A stretch of 64,000 bases of DNA, from the NCBI GenBank assembly GCA_963828345.1, contig CAWHEZ010000011.1, positions 3,615-67,614 on the forward strand. The letters are read 5' to 3'. Under the pieces are notes generated by a model, which ran no database searches, was not told the DNA's origin, and was given only the letters and a program-made list of their open reading frames with translations. This DNA comes from an uncultured delta proteobacterium (GTDB lineage Bacteria; Desulfobacterota; Desulfobacteria; Desulfobacterales; SpSt-501). This document shows positions 33,508 through 41,817 of this stretch, piece by piece (position 1 is the stretch's first letter; every line of letters starts with the position of its first letter). The position numbers and the translations under genes are program-made.

Positions 33508-34440
33508 ATGAGAGCCTTCGCCGCCAACCGCCGGTCGGCCCCGCGCCGCAACGTCAGCCGCCGCGCGGCGGCTGCCCGACGCCGGACGTGGGCCGGCCGC
33601 CTCGCGACCGGGCTCTGGGCCCTGGCCGGGGTGGCCGCCGTCGTGTTCGTGAGCTTTTTCTTCGTCTTCGTGCACGACATGTTCACCCAGAGCCCGCACT
33701 TCACCGCCCGGCAGATCCAGGTCGAGGGCGCCCGCCGCCTGCCGCCCCGCGCGGTGGCCGCGCAGGCCGGCGTGCACGAGGGCATCAACGTGCTCAGCGT
33801 CAACCTCTCGGCCGCCCGGCGGCGGCTGCTCACCCACCCGTGGATCGCAGAGGCCGAGGTCCGGCGGGAGATCCCGTCGGCCATCCACATCCGCGTGCGC
33901 GAGCACGTGCCGGCCGCCGTGGTGGACATGGGCAGGAAGTTCCTGCTGAACGAGCAGGGGGAGATTTTCAAGGAGTGGGAGCCGGCGGACCCCGCGGGCC
34001 TGCCGGTCGTCAGCGGCCTGAAGCCGGCCGACGTGCGGGTCGCGGACCGCTCCGGCGCGGCGGCCCTGCCGGTGGTGGCGGCGCTCGCGCCGGCCGCCCC
34101 GGCCGAGGCGCCCTTCAGCCGCCCGATGGACGCCGTGCTCCAGGTGCTGGCCCTCGGCCGCGAGACCACCGGCGTTCTCCCCGTGAAACAGATCGCGGCC
34201 ATCCGGGTCGACCGCGAGCTGGGCCTCACGGTGGTGGCCTACGATGACGCCAAATCCATCCGGCTGGGGTACGACGACTACCCCGCCAAGTACCGCCTGC
34301 TCACGGACCTCCTGGCCTTCTTCAAGGGCCAGCCCGGCATGGCGGCCGTGGCGCGCGTCGACCTGACCGACGCCGGCCGGGTGATCGTGAACCCCGTCCG
34401 GGCGGATCTACCGGCCAAGCCCGGACCCAAAGGAGGTTGA
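33508..34440 (+). CDS. ftsQ: Cell division protein FtsQ/DivIB
   Basis: Basic N-terminus, one TM helix, POTRA-like HPWIAEAEVRREIP..IRVREH; precedes ftsA. Confidence 0.9.
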   Translation: MRAFAANRRSAPRRNVSRRAAAARRRTWAGRLATGLWALAGVAAVVFVSFFFVFVHDMFTQSPHFTARQIQVEGARRLPPRAVAAQAGVHEGINVLSVNLSAARRRLLTHPWIAEAEVRREIPSAIHIRVREHVPAAVVDMGRKFLLNEQGEIFKEWEPADPAGLPVVSGLKPADVRVADRSGAAALPVVAALAPAAPAEAPFSRPMDAVLQVLALGRETTGVLPVKQIAAIRVDRELGLTVVAYDDAKSIRLGYDDYPAKYRLLTDLLAFFKGQPGMAAVARVDLTDAGRVIVNPVRADLPAKPGPKGG

Positions 34441-34446
34441 AACAGC

Positions 34447-35679
34447 ATGCAGCGCAAGGACGACATCGTGGTCGGCCTGGACATCGGCACCACCAAGATC
34501 TGTGCGGTGGTCGGCGAGGTGTCCGGCAGCTCGGTCAACATCATCGGCATCGGGACCCACCCCTCGGTCGGGCTGCGCAAGGGGGTCGTGGTCAACATCG
34601 AGGCGACCGTCGAGTCCATCAAGAAGGCCGTCGAGGAGGCCGAGCTCATGGCCGGCTGCGAGATCTCCTCGGTCTACACCGGGATCGCCGGCGGGCACAT
34701 CACCGGCTTCAACAGCCGCGGCATCGTGGCCATCAAGGGCCCGGAAATCACCCCGCTCGACGTGGAGCGCGTGATCGACGCCGCCCGGGCGGTGGCCATC
34801 CCGATGGACCGCGAGGTGATCCACGTGCTGCCGCAGGAGTACATCGTGGACGACCAGCCGGGCATCCAGAACCCGGTCGGCATGTCCGGCGTGCGGCTGG
34901 AGGCCAAGATCCACATCGTGACCGGCGCGGTCGCCTCCGCCCACAACCTGGTGAAGTGCGCCAACCGATCCGGGCTGGACGTCTGCGACATCGTGCTCGA
35001 GTGCCTGGCCTCCGGCGAGGCGGTGCTCACCGAGGAGGAGAAGCAGCTCGGCACGGCGCTGCTCGACCTGGGCGGCGGGACGACCGACCTGGCCGTCTTC
35101 TCGGGCAAAAACATCAAGCACACCTTCGTGCTCGCCCTCGGCGGGGACAACCTGACCAACGACATCGCCATCGGCCTGCGCTGCCCGCACCCCGAGGCCG
35201 AGAAGATCAAGAAGAAGTACGGCAGCTGCGTCGCGCGTCACATCCGCGCGGACGAGGCCATCGAGGTGCCGGGCGTGAGCGGGCGCGAGGCGCGCAAGCT
35301 CCCGCGCCAGATCCTGGGCGAGATCCTCGAGCCGCGCATGGAGGAGATCTTCGCGCTCGTCAACCGCGAGATCTACCGGGCCAACATGGAGAACATGGTC
35401 CCCTCCGGCATCGTCCTCACGGGGGGCACGGCCCTGCTCGAAGGGGTCACCGAGGTGGCCGAGTCGGTGTTCAGCCTGCCCGCGCGCATCGGGACGCCCC
35501 AGGGCATCAAGGGGCTGGTCGACGTCGTCAACAACCCGATGTACGCGACCGGCGTCGGCCTGGTGCTCTACGGGGCGCGCCACCAGGCCAAGGAGAAGCG
35601 GAAGTTCCGCATCCGCGACCGCAATATTTTCAACCGCCTCATCACGCGCATGCGGCGCTGGTTCAAGGACGTGGTGTAA
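34447..35679 (+). CDS. ftsA: Cell division protein FtsA
   Basis: GLDIGTTK, DLGGGTTD, VLTGG, YATGVGL, amphipathic C-terminal helix. Confidence 0.98.
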   Translation: MQRKDDIVVGLDIGTTKICAVVGEVSGSSVNIIGIGTHPSVGLRKGVVVNIEATVESIKKAVEEAELMAGCEISSVYTGIAGGHITGFNSRGIVAIKGPEITPLDVERVIDAARAVAIPMDREVIHVLPQEYIVDDQPGIQNPVGMSGVRLEAKIHIVTGAVASAHNLVKCANRSGLDVCDIVLECLASGEAVLTEEEKQLGTALLDLGGGTTDLAVFSGKNIKHTFVLALGGDNLTNDIAIGLRCPHPEAEKIKKKYGSCVARHIRADEAIEVPGVSGREARKLPRQILGEILEPRMEEIFALVNREIYRANMENMVPSGIVLTGGTALLEGVTEVAESVFSLPARIGTPQGIKGLVDVVNNPMYATGVGLVLYGARHQAKEKRKFRIRDRNIFNRLITRMRRWFKDVV

Positions 35680-35692
35680 GGACGTCGTTTGG

Positions 35693-35792
35693 TAAGTTTG
35701 AAGTTTTAGGTTTTAGGTCAGGACAAAGGACGTTGAACACGACGGAGGTCGATCGGCACGTCACTTAAAACTTAACACCAACACGCAACACG
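35693..35792. repeat. Intergenic palindrome of tandem heptamers (GTTTTAA/TTAAAAC type)
   Basis: taagttt-gaagttt-taggttt-taggtca ... cacttaa-aacttaa-caccaa-cacgcaa. Confidence 0.65.
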
Positions 35793-35816
35793 ATTTTAAA
35801 AACCGGCAGGAGGGCA

Positions 35817-37043
35817 ATGATGTTCACGTACATAGACAACGAGAAGACGGCCAAGATCAAGGTGATCGGGGTCGGGGGCGCCGGCGGCAACGCCATCAAC
35901 AACATGATCCGCTCCGGGCTGCAGGGGGTCAAGTTCATCGCCGCCAACACCGACGCCCAGGCGCTCGAGATCTCGCAGGCGGACACCCGCATCCAGCTCG
36001 GCGACACGATCACCGAGGGGCTGGGCGCCGGGGCCAACCCCCAGATCGGGCGCGACGCCGCGCTCGAGGCCGCCGAGCAGATCCGCAAGGCGCTGGCCGA
36101 CAGCCACATGGTCTTCATCACCGCCGGGCTGGGCGGCGGCACGGGCACCGGCGCCACCCCGGTCATCGCCGAGATCTGCCGCGAGATGGGGGCGCTGACG
36201 GTCGCCGTGGTCTCGCGGCCCTTTTCCTTCGAGGGCAAGAAGCGCGCGCTGATCGCCGAGCAGGGCCTGGCGGAGCTCAAGCAGGTGGTCGACACGGCCA
36301 TCACCATCCCCAACGACCGGCTGCGGGCGCTGGCCTCCAAGAAGGCGACCCTCATGGAGATGTTCATGAAGGCCGACGAGATCCTGCTGCACGCGGTCAA
36401 GGGCATCACGGATCTGATCATGATGCCGGGGCTGGTGAACCTGGATTTCGCCGACGTGCGCACCACGATGTCCAAGGCCGGCATGGCGCTGATGGGCATC
36501 GGCATCGCCTCGGGGGAGAACCGCGCGATCGAGGCGGCCGAGAAGGCGATCTCGCACCCGCTGCTGGAGGACATCTCGATCTCCGGCGCCAAGGGGGTGC
36601 TCATGAACATCACGGCCTCCAGCTCGATGGAGTTCGAGGAGGTGGCCGAGGCCTCCGAGCGGATCCACAAGGAAGTGGGCGACGAGGCCGAGATCTTCTG
36701 GGGCACGTCGGTCGACGAGAGCCTGGGCGACGAGATGCGGGTGACGGTCATCGCCACCGGCATCGGCGCGGAGGTCGAGGCGCTGCGTCCGGTCGAGCGC
36801 GAGAAGGAGCGGGGCAAGGAGCCGGAGCGCAAGGTCGTCCAGCCGCTGCGCGGCAAGGTGCGCGACGTCACGCCCGAAGATGTGGCGCGTCAGGACATCG
36901 TGGACCTCGACGAGCCGACCTTCATGCGCAACCGCCGGGTGGTGGGCGAGTCCTCCGGGGCGCTCTACCGCGGGGTCGGACGCATGGCGCTGGACGACAG
37001 CGATCTGGACGTGCCGACCTTCCTGCGACGCAAGGCGGATTAG
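35817..37043 (+). CDS. ftsZ: Cell division protein FtsZ
   Basis: IKVIGVGGAGGNA, GGGTGTG, NLDFAD, C-terminal DVPTFLR. Confidence 0.99.
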   Translation: MMFTYIDNEKTAKIKVIGVGGAGGNAINNMIRSGLQGVKFIAANTDAQALEISQADTRIQLGDTITEGLGAGANPQIGRDAALEAAEQIRKALADSHMVFITAGLGGGTGTGATPVIAEICREMGALTVAVVSRPFSFEGKKRALIAEQGLAELKQVVDTAITIPNDRLRALASKKATLMEMFMKADEILLHAVKGITDLIMMPGLVNLDFADVRTTMSKAGMALMGIGIASGENRAIEAAEKAISHPLLEDISISGAKGVLMNITASSSMEFEEVAEASERIHKEVGDEAEIFWGTSVDESLGDEMRVTVIATGIGAEVEALRPVEREKERGKEPERKVVQPLRGKVRDVTPEDVARQDIVDLDEPTFMRNRRVVGESSGALYRGVGRMALDDSDLDVPTFLRRKAD

Positions 37044-37187
37044 CCGGCTGCTGAAAAACCGCGCCTCAGGCCGTGATCCGGCGTTGCGCGACCTTTTGCG
37101 ATTGCTCACATACTGGTCAGTATGCTGCGCATCCCAAAAGGCCGCGCGCCTTGGCTGACGGCCTGACGCTTGTTTTTCAACAACCGG
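37044..37187. repeat. ~144-bp long imperfect palindrome, MITE/REP-like element
   Basis: Nested arms ccggctgctgaaaaac/gtttttcaacaaccgg, tcaggccgt/acggcctga, ccttttg/caaaagg, catact/agtatg. Confidence 0.7.
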
Positions 37188-37280
37188 TCACAGCGTGCCT
37201 CCGCCGTCCGTTTTTCTACGGAAAGCGGGTTTGCAACGGGTCGGGTGCTGACGTATGGTAGGGTCCCGACCACCGCTCAC

Positions 37281-39032
37281 ATGAACGGACGCACGGTGAA
37301 ACGCAACGTGACCCCAGCCCCATCGGTCGACGAGGAAATCGGCACGATCCGCAAGCCCTGGCGCGGGCGGACGAGCGTCGCCCTGGCCTACCCCAACCGG
37401 TACGCGGTCGGCATGTCCAACCTGGGCCTGCAGACGGTCTACCGCCTGTTCAACGCGTTTGAGCACGTCGTCTGCGAACGGGTCTTCCTGCCGGAGCCCG
37501 ACGCCGCGGCCGGCCGCCTGACCACCTTCGAGTCGGGTCGTCGGGTGGCCGAGGCCGACATCCTGGCCTTCTCGGTCTCCTTCGAAAGCGACTACCAGAA
37601 CCTGCTCGCCATGTTGGACGCGGCGGGCATCCCGCTGCGCGCCGAGGAGCGCGGCCCCGACCACCCGCTGGTGGTCGCGGGCGGGGTCGCCTGCGCCCTC
37701 AACCCCGAGCCGATCGCCCCCTTCGTGGACTGCGTCCTGATCGGCGAGGCCGAGATCATCCTGCCGGCCTTCGTGCAGGCGTTCGAAGCGGACCGCGAGC
37801 GCAGCGAGCTGCTGCTCGCGCTGGCCCGGCGCGTCCCCGGCGCTTACGTGCCCTCGTTCTACCGGGTCGACTACGCGCCCGACGGGACCCTCGCGGCGTT
37901 CGCCCCGACCGCGGACGTGCCCGCGCGCATCCCGCGCCCGTTTCTGCGGGACCTGGCGGACGTCGAGACCTGCAGCGCCGTGATCACCCCCCACACGGCC
38001 TTCGGCCGGTCCTTTCTCGTGGAGGTCGGGCGCGGCTGCCCGCACGGCTGCCGCTTCTGCAGCGCCGGCTTCGTCTACCGACCCCCGCGTTTCCGCCCGC
38101 GGGAGCGCCTCGCGGCGACCATCGAGAAGGGGCTCGCGCACACCGACCAGATCGGGCTGGTCGGCGCGGCCGTGTCCGACCTGCCGGGGCTCGACCTGCT
38201 CTGCTCCGGGTTCGAGGGCCGCGGCGCCGAGTTCGCGTTCAGCTCGCTGCGGGCGGACGCGCTGAGCCCGGGTCTGCTGGACGCCCTGGGGCGGGCGAAG
38301 GTCAAAACGGCCACGATCGCGCCGGAAGCCGGCTCCGAGCGCCTGCGGCGGGTCATCAACAAGGGGCTCACGGAGGCCGACGTCCTGAACGCCGCGACCG
38401 CGCTCGTCGAACGCGGCATCCCCAACCTGAAGCTCTACTTCATGCTGGGCCTGCCGACCGAGACGCGCGCGGACGTCGAGGCGATCCCCGCACTGGTCAA
38501 ACGCATCAAGCACGGCTTCCTGAAATCCAGCCGCGCCCGCAGCGCCATCGGGACCATCACCGTCGGGCTGAGCTGCTTCGTGCCCAAGCCCTTCACCCCC
38601 TTCCAGTGGGCGGCCATGGCCGAGGTGGGGGCGCTCAAGGAGCGGGTCAAGCGCGTCAAGGCCGCGCTCGGGCCGGTCGCCAACGTGCGGGTGCACTCCG
38701 ACCTGCCCCGCTGGGCCTACGTCCAGGCGCTCCTGGCGCGCGGGGACCGGCGCGTGGCGGACATCCTGCAGCGGGTCCACGCCCTGTCCGGCAACTGGCC
38801 GCAGGCGCTCAAGTCGGTCGCCGTCAACCCCGACTTCTACGTGGTCCGGGAGCGCGGGCCGGACGAGCTCCTGCCCTGGGACTTCATCGACCACCACGTC
38901 TCCAAGGCCGTGCTCCGGGCCGACTACCGCCGCGCCCTCGACGGGCTCGCCGGGGAGGTCTGCCGCCCCGATTCCTGCCGCCGCTGCGGGGCCTGCGGCC
39001 CGGCCGCCGACCCCGCCTTGCCCGGCGCATAA
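37281..39032 (+). CDS. Radical SAM protein with B12-binding-like N-terminal domain, function unknown
   Basis: YPNRYAVGMSNLG, GRGCPHGCRFC (CxxxCxxC), APEAGSERLR, FVPKPFTPFQW, C-terminal C..CxxCGAC. Confidence 0.88.
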   Translation: MNGRTVKRNVTPAPSVDEEIGTIRKPWRGRTSVALAYPNRYAVGMSNLGLQTVYRLFNAFEHVVCERVFLPEPDAAAGRLTTFESGRRVAEADILAFSVSFESDYQNLLAMLDAAGIPLRAEERGPDHPLVVAGGVACALNPEPIAPFVDCVLIGEAEIILPAFVQAFEADRERSELLLALARRVPGAYVPSFYRVDYAPDGTLAAFAPTADVPARIPRPFLRDLADVETCSAVITPHTAFGRSFLVEVGRGCPHGCRFCSAGFVYRPPRFRPRERLAATIEKGLAHTDQIGLVGAAVSDLPGLDLLCSGFEGRGAEFAFSSLRADALSPGLLDALGRAKVKTATIAPEAGSERLRRVINKGLTEADVLNAATALVERGIPNLKLYFMLGLPTETRADVEAIPALVKRIKHGFLKSSRARSAIGTITVGLSCFVPKPFTPFQWAAMAEVGALKERVKRVKAALGPVANVRVHSDLPRWAYVQALLARGDRRVADILQRVHALSGNWPQALKSVAVNPDFYVVRERGPDELLPWDFIDHHVSKAVLRADYRRALDGLAGEVCRPDSCRRCGACGPAADPALPGA

Positions 39033-39035
39033 CTA

Positions 39036-39063
39036 TTGAATTTTCCAAGTGCTGTGATAAGGT
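39036..39063 (+). promoter_or_regulatory. Possible sigma70 promoter for the rnf operon
   Basis: TTGAAT-16 nt-TAAGGT with extended -10 TG. Confidence 0.35.
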
Positions 39064-39156
39064 GCCTCCCTTCGGCCTGCGGCCGACCATGGTGAGCGGT
39101 TCACGCCCGCCCCCTCCGCGACCCGGAAGGGCGGGCCCGTTTCAGGAGGCGGTGAC

Positions 39157-41271
39157 ATGCTGGAAGGCATTCTGTTCATGACGGCCCTGGGCGCGGCCTG
39201 CGGCATCGTGCTCAGCATCGCGGCCCGGGTGTTCTACGTGTACGAGGACCCGCGCATCGCGCAGGTGGAAGCCTGCATGGCAGGCGCCAACTGCGGCGGG
39301 TGCGGCTTCGCCGGCTGCTCGGCCGCCGCCGCGGCCGTGGTGTTCGGCAAGGCCAAACCGAACGTGTGCGTGGTCGGCGGGCTCGAGTCCGCCCAGAACG
39401 CCGCCGCCGTCATGGGGGTGGAGGTGTCTGCGGCCGAGCCGCCGAAGTCGACCAACCCCTGCACCGGCGGGCTGCGCGCCGAGAACAAGTTCGTCTACCA
39501 GGGCATCCAGTCGTGCCGGGCCGAGGCGGCCCTCTTCAGCGGCCGGCGGGTGTGCGAGGTCGGCTGCATCGGGCACGGCGACTGCATCAACGCCTGCATG
39601 TTCGACGCGATCCGGATGGGCCCCGAGGGCTACCCGGTCATCGTCGAGGAGAAATGCGTCGGCTGCGGGGCCTGCGCCCGCGCCTGCCCCAAGGACCTGC
39701 TGAAGATCAGCACGCCCTCCGAGCGCCTGCTGCACTTCAACACGGCGCGCGACTGCCTCGCGCCCTGCCGCCAGACCTGCCCGGCCGAGATCGACATCCC
39801 GCAGTACATCCACCAGATCCGCACGGGCGACTACGCCGGCGCGGTCGCCACCATCCGCGAGCGCAACCCGCTGCTGCTCGCCTGCGGCCGCGTCTGCCCG
39901 CACCCCTGCGAGACCAACTGCCGGCGCGGTGCGGCCGACGAGCCGGTGTCCATCAACCAGCTCAAGCGGTTCGCCGCGGATTTCGAGATGACCTCCGGCC
40001 GGCGGCTGCCGGTGCGGGTGGCGCCGGACACCGGCAAGCGCGTCGCGGTCGTCGGCGGCGGCCCGGCCGGACTGACCTGCGCCTACTTCCTGCGCCGCCT
40101 GGGCCACGCGGTCACGATCTTCGAGGCCATGCCCAAGCTGGGCGGCATGCTGCGCTACGGCATCCCGGAGTACCGGCTGCCCAAGGCCGTCCTGGACTGG
40201 GAGATCGAGGGCATCCTGAACCTCGGGATCGAGGTCCGCACCGGGGCCCGCTTCGGCCGGGACATCGATCTCGAGCGCCTGCGCGGCGAGGGCTTCGACG
40301 CCGTCTTCCTCGGCGTCGGGGCCTGGAAGGACACCCGCCTCCAGGTGCCGGGCGAGGACGTGACCGGCTGCTACACCGGGATCGACTTCCTCTCGCGCCT
40401 GGCCTCCGGCGAGACGCTCGACATCCGCCCGACCGCGGCCGTGGTCGGCGGCGGGAACACCGCGATCGACTGCACGCGCAACCTCATCCGGCTCGGCGCC
40501 AAGGTCCACCTCGTCTACCGGCGCACGCGCAAGGAGATGCCCGCCAACGCCGTCGAGGTCGAGGCGGCCGAAGCCGAAGGCGCCGATTTCATGTTCCTGT
40601 ACGCCCCGGTTCAAGTCCTGGCCGACGCGCAGGGCCAGGTGACCCACCTCGAGGTCCTGCGCATGGAGCTGGGCGAGCCCGACGCGAGCGGCCGCCGACG
40701 GCCCGTTCCGGTCGCCGGTTCCGAAACCCGGCTGCCGGTCGACATGGTGATCTCGGCCATCGGCCAGGCCCCGGACGTCTCCTTCGCCGGCACGGGCGAG
40801 GGCGATCTCAAACATCTCAAGGTCAGCCGCTGGAGCACCGTCCAGGCCGACGCCGGCACGCTGCAGACCACCATCCCCTACCTCTTCGCCGCCGGCGACG
40901 CCGCCACCGGGCCCTCGCTCGTGGTCGACGCGATCGGAGGCGGCCGCCGCGCCGCGCGCTCGATCCACCAGTTCGTCACCGGCCAGCCCGTGACCGCGGC
41001 CGGCAACGAGCTCAACAAGACCCTGCTGACCGAGACCCTGTTCAAGAACGTCCGCGGGGTGATCCGACGGCCGCGGGCCGAGATGGTGGAGCTGCCGCCG
41101 GCCGAGCGCATCCGCTCCTTCGCGGAAGTCGACCAGGTGCTGACCGAGCAGGCCGCACGCGGCGAGAGCGACCGCTGCCTGTCCTGCTGCCTGTCCTGCT
41201 ACGACCCGGATGCGCCGCGGACGGCGTGCGAGGACGAGCCGGAGCATAGGGAAGCGCAGCCGGCAGCGTGA
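39157..41271 (+). CDS. rnfB: RnfB fused to a GltD/NfnB-like FAD- and NAD(P)-binding Fe-S oxidoreductase
   Basis: TM anchor, GANCGGCGFAGC and ferredoxin motifs (CVGCGACARACP); then PCRQTCP, CGRVCPHPCE, GGGPAG, GGMLRYGIP, GGGNTA..YRRT, FAAGD, RCLSC. Confidence 0.9.
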   Translation: MLEGILFMTALGAACGIVLSIAARVFYVYEDPRIAQVEACMAGANCGGCGFAGCSAAAAAVVFGKAKPNVCVVGGLESAQNAAAVMGVEVSAAEPPKSTNPCTGGLRAENKFVYQGIQSCRAEAALFSGRRVCEVGCIGHGDCINACMFDAIRMGPEGYPVIVEEKCVGCGACARACPKDLLKISTPSERLLHFNTARDCLAPCRQTCPAEIDIPQYIHQIRTGDYAGAVATIRERNPLLLACGRVCPHPCETNCRRGAADEPVSINQLKRFAADFEMTSGRRLPVRVAPDTGKRVAVVGGGPAGLTCAYFLRRLGHAVTIFEAMPKLGGMLRYGIPEYRLPKAVLDWEIEGILNLGIEVRTGARFGRDIDLERLRGEGFDAVFLGVGAWKDTRLQVPGEDVTGCYTGIDFLSRLASGETLDIRPTAAVVGGGNTAIDCTRNLIRLGAKVHLVYRRTRKEMPANAVEVEAAEAEGADFMFLYAPVQVLADAQGQVTHLEVLRMELGEPDASGRRRPVPVAGSETRLPVDMVISAIGQAPDVSFAGTGEGDLKHLKVSRWSTVQADAGTLQTTIPYLFAAGDAATGPSLVVDAIGGGRRAARSIHQFVTGQPVTAAGNELNKTLLTETLFKNVRGVIRRPRAEMVELPPAERIRSFAEVDQVLTEQAARGESDRCLSCCLSCYDPDAPRTACEDEPEHREAQPAA

Positions 41272-41359
41272 GAAATGAAGAAAAGGATTCAAGGGGTCAA
41301 GGGGGAAGACGATTCCGCGGCAACTTCATTTCACTCGACCCCTTGACCCCTCGGACCCC
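41272..41359. repeat. Intergenic palindrome of tandem octamers plus an overlapping 9-bp inverted repeat
   Basis: ggattcaa-ggggtcaa-ggggg ... ctcgaccc-cttgaccc-ctcggacc; gaaatgaag/cttcatttc. Confidence 0.65.
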
Positions 41360-41396
41360 GGCAGATCAAACGCAAAACTAGAGGAATGGGCTAACG

Positions 41397-41783
41397 ATGT
41401 TCTCCCGGCAAGAGCTGAAACTGGTCTACGGCGCGGTCGCGTGCCTGCTGCTGATCGCGGTGGTGAGCTACGCGGCTTTCCCCGCGCAGGCGCCCCGGCA
41501 GCCCAACCGCATCGCGTTCCAGAGCATCGCGGGCAAGGTGATGTTCTCCCACGACCGGCACCTGTCCGCGTCCGGGTACGCCCTGCTCTGCGACGAGTGC
41601 CACCACACCCTGGCCCCGACCGAGTTCGACCAGGCCGGGTCCTGCGTCGAATGCCACCCGGCCGGCGAGGGCGGGGACGACACCGTCAAGCGCGCGGACG
41701 CCTTCCACAAGCAGTGCGTCGACTGCCACCTGGGATACGGGGCGGGACCGATCGAATGCGCCCAGTGCCACATGATGCAATGA
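41397..41783 (+). CDS. Tetraheme cytochrome c (class III / c3-like) with N-terminal signal or membrane anchor
   Basis: Four CxxCH motifs (CDECHH, CVECH, CVDCH, CAQCH), plus FSHDRH and AFHKQC distal-His patterns. Confidence 0.92.
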   Translation: MFSRQELKLVYGAVACLLLIAVVSYAAFPAQAPRQPNRIAFQSIAGKVMFSHDRHLSASGYALLCDECHHTLAPTEFDQAGSCVECHPAGEGGDDTVKRADAFHKQCVDCHLGYGAGPIECAQCHMMQ

Positions 41784-41817
41784 GCCGGCGCGAGAGCGGC
41801 GAAGTGAGGATGGACGG

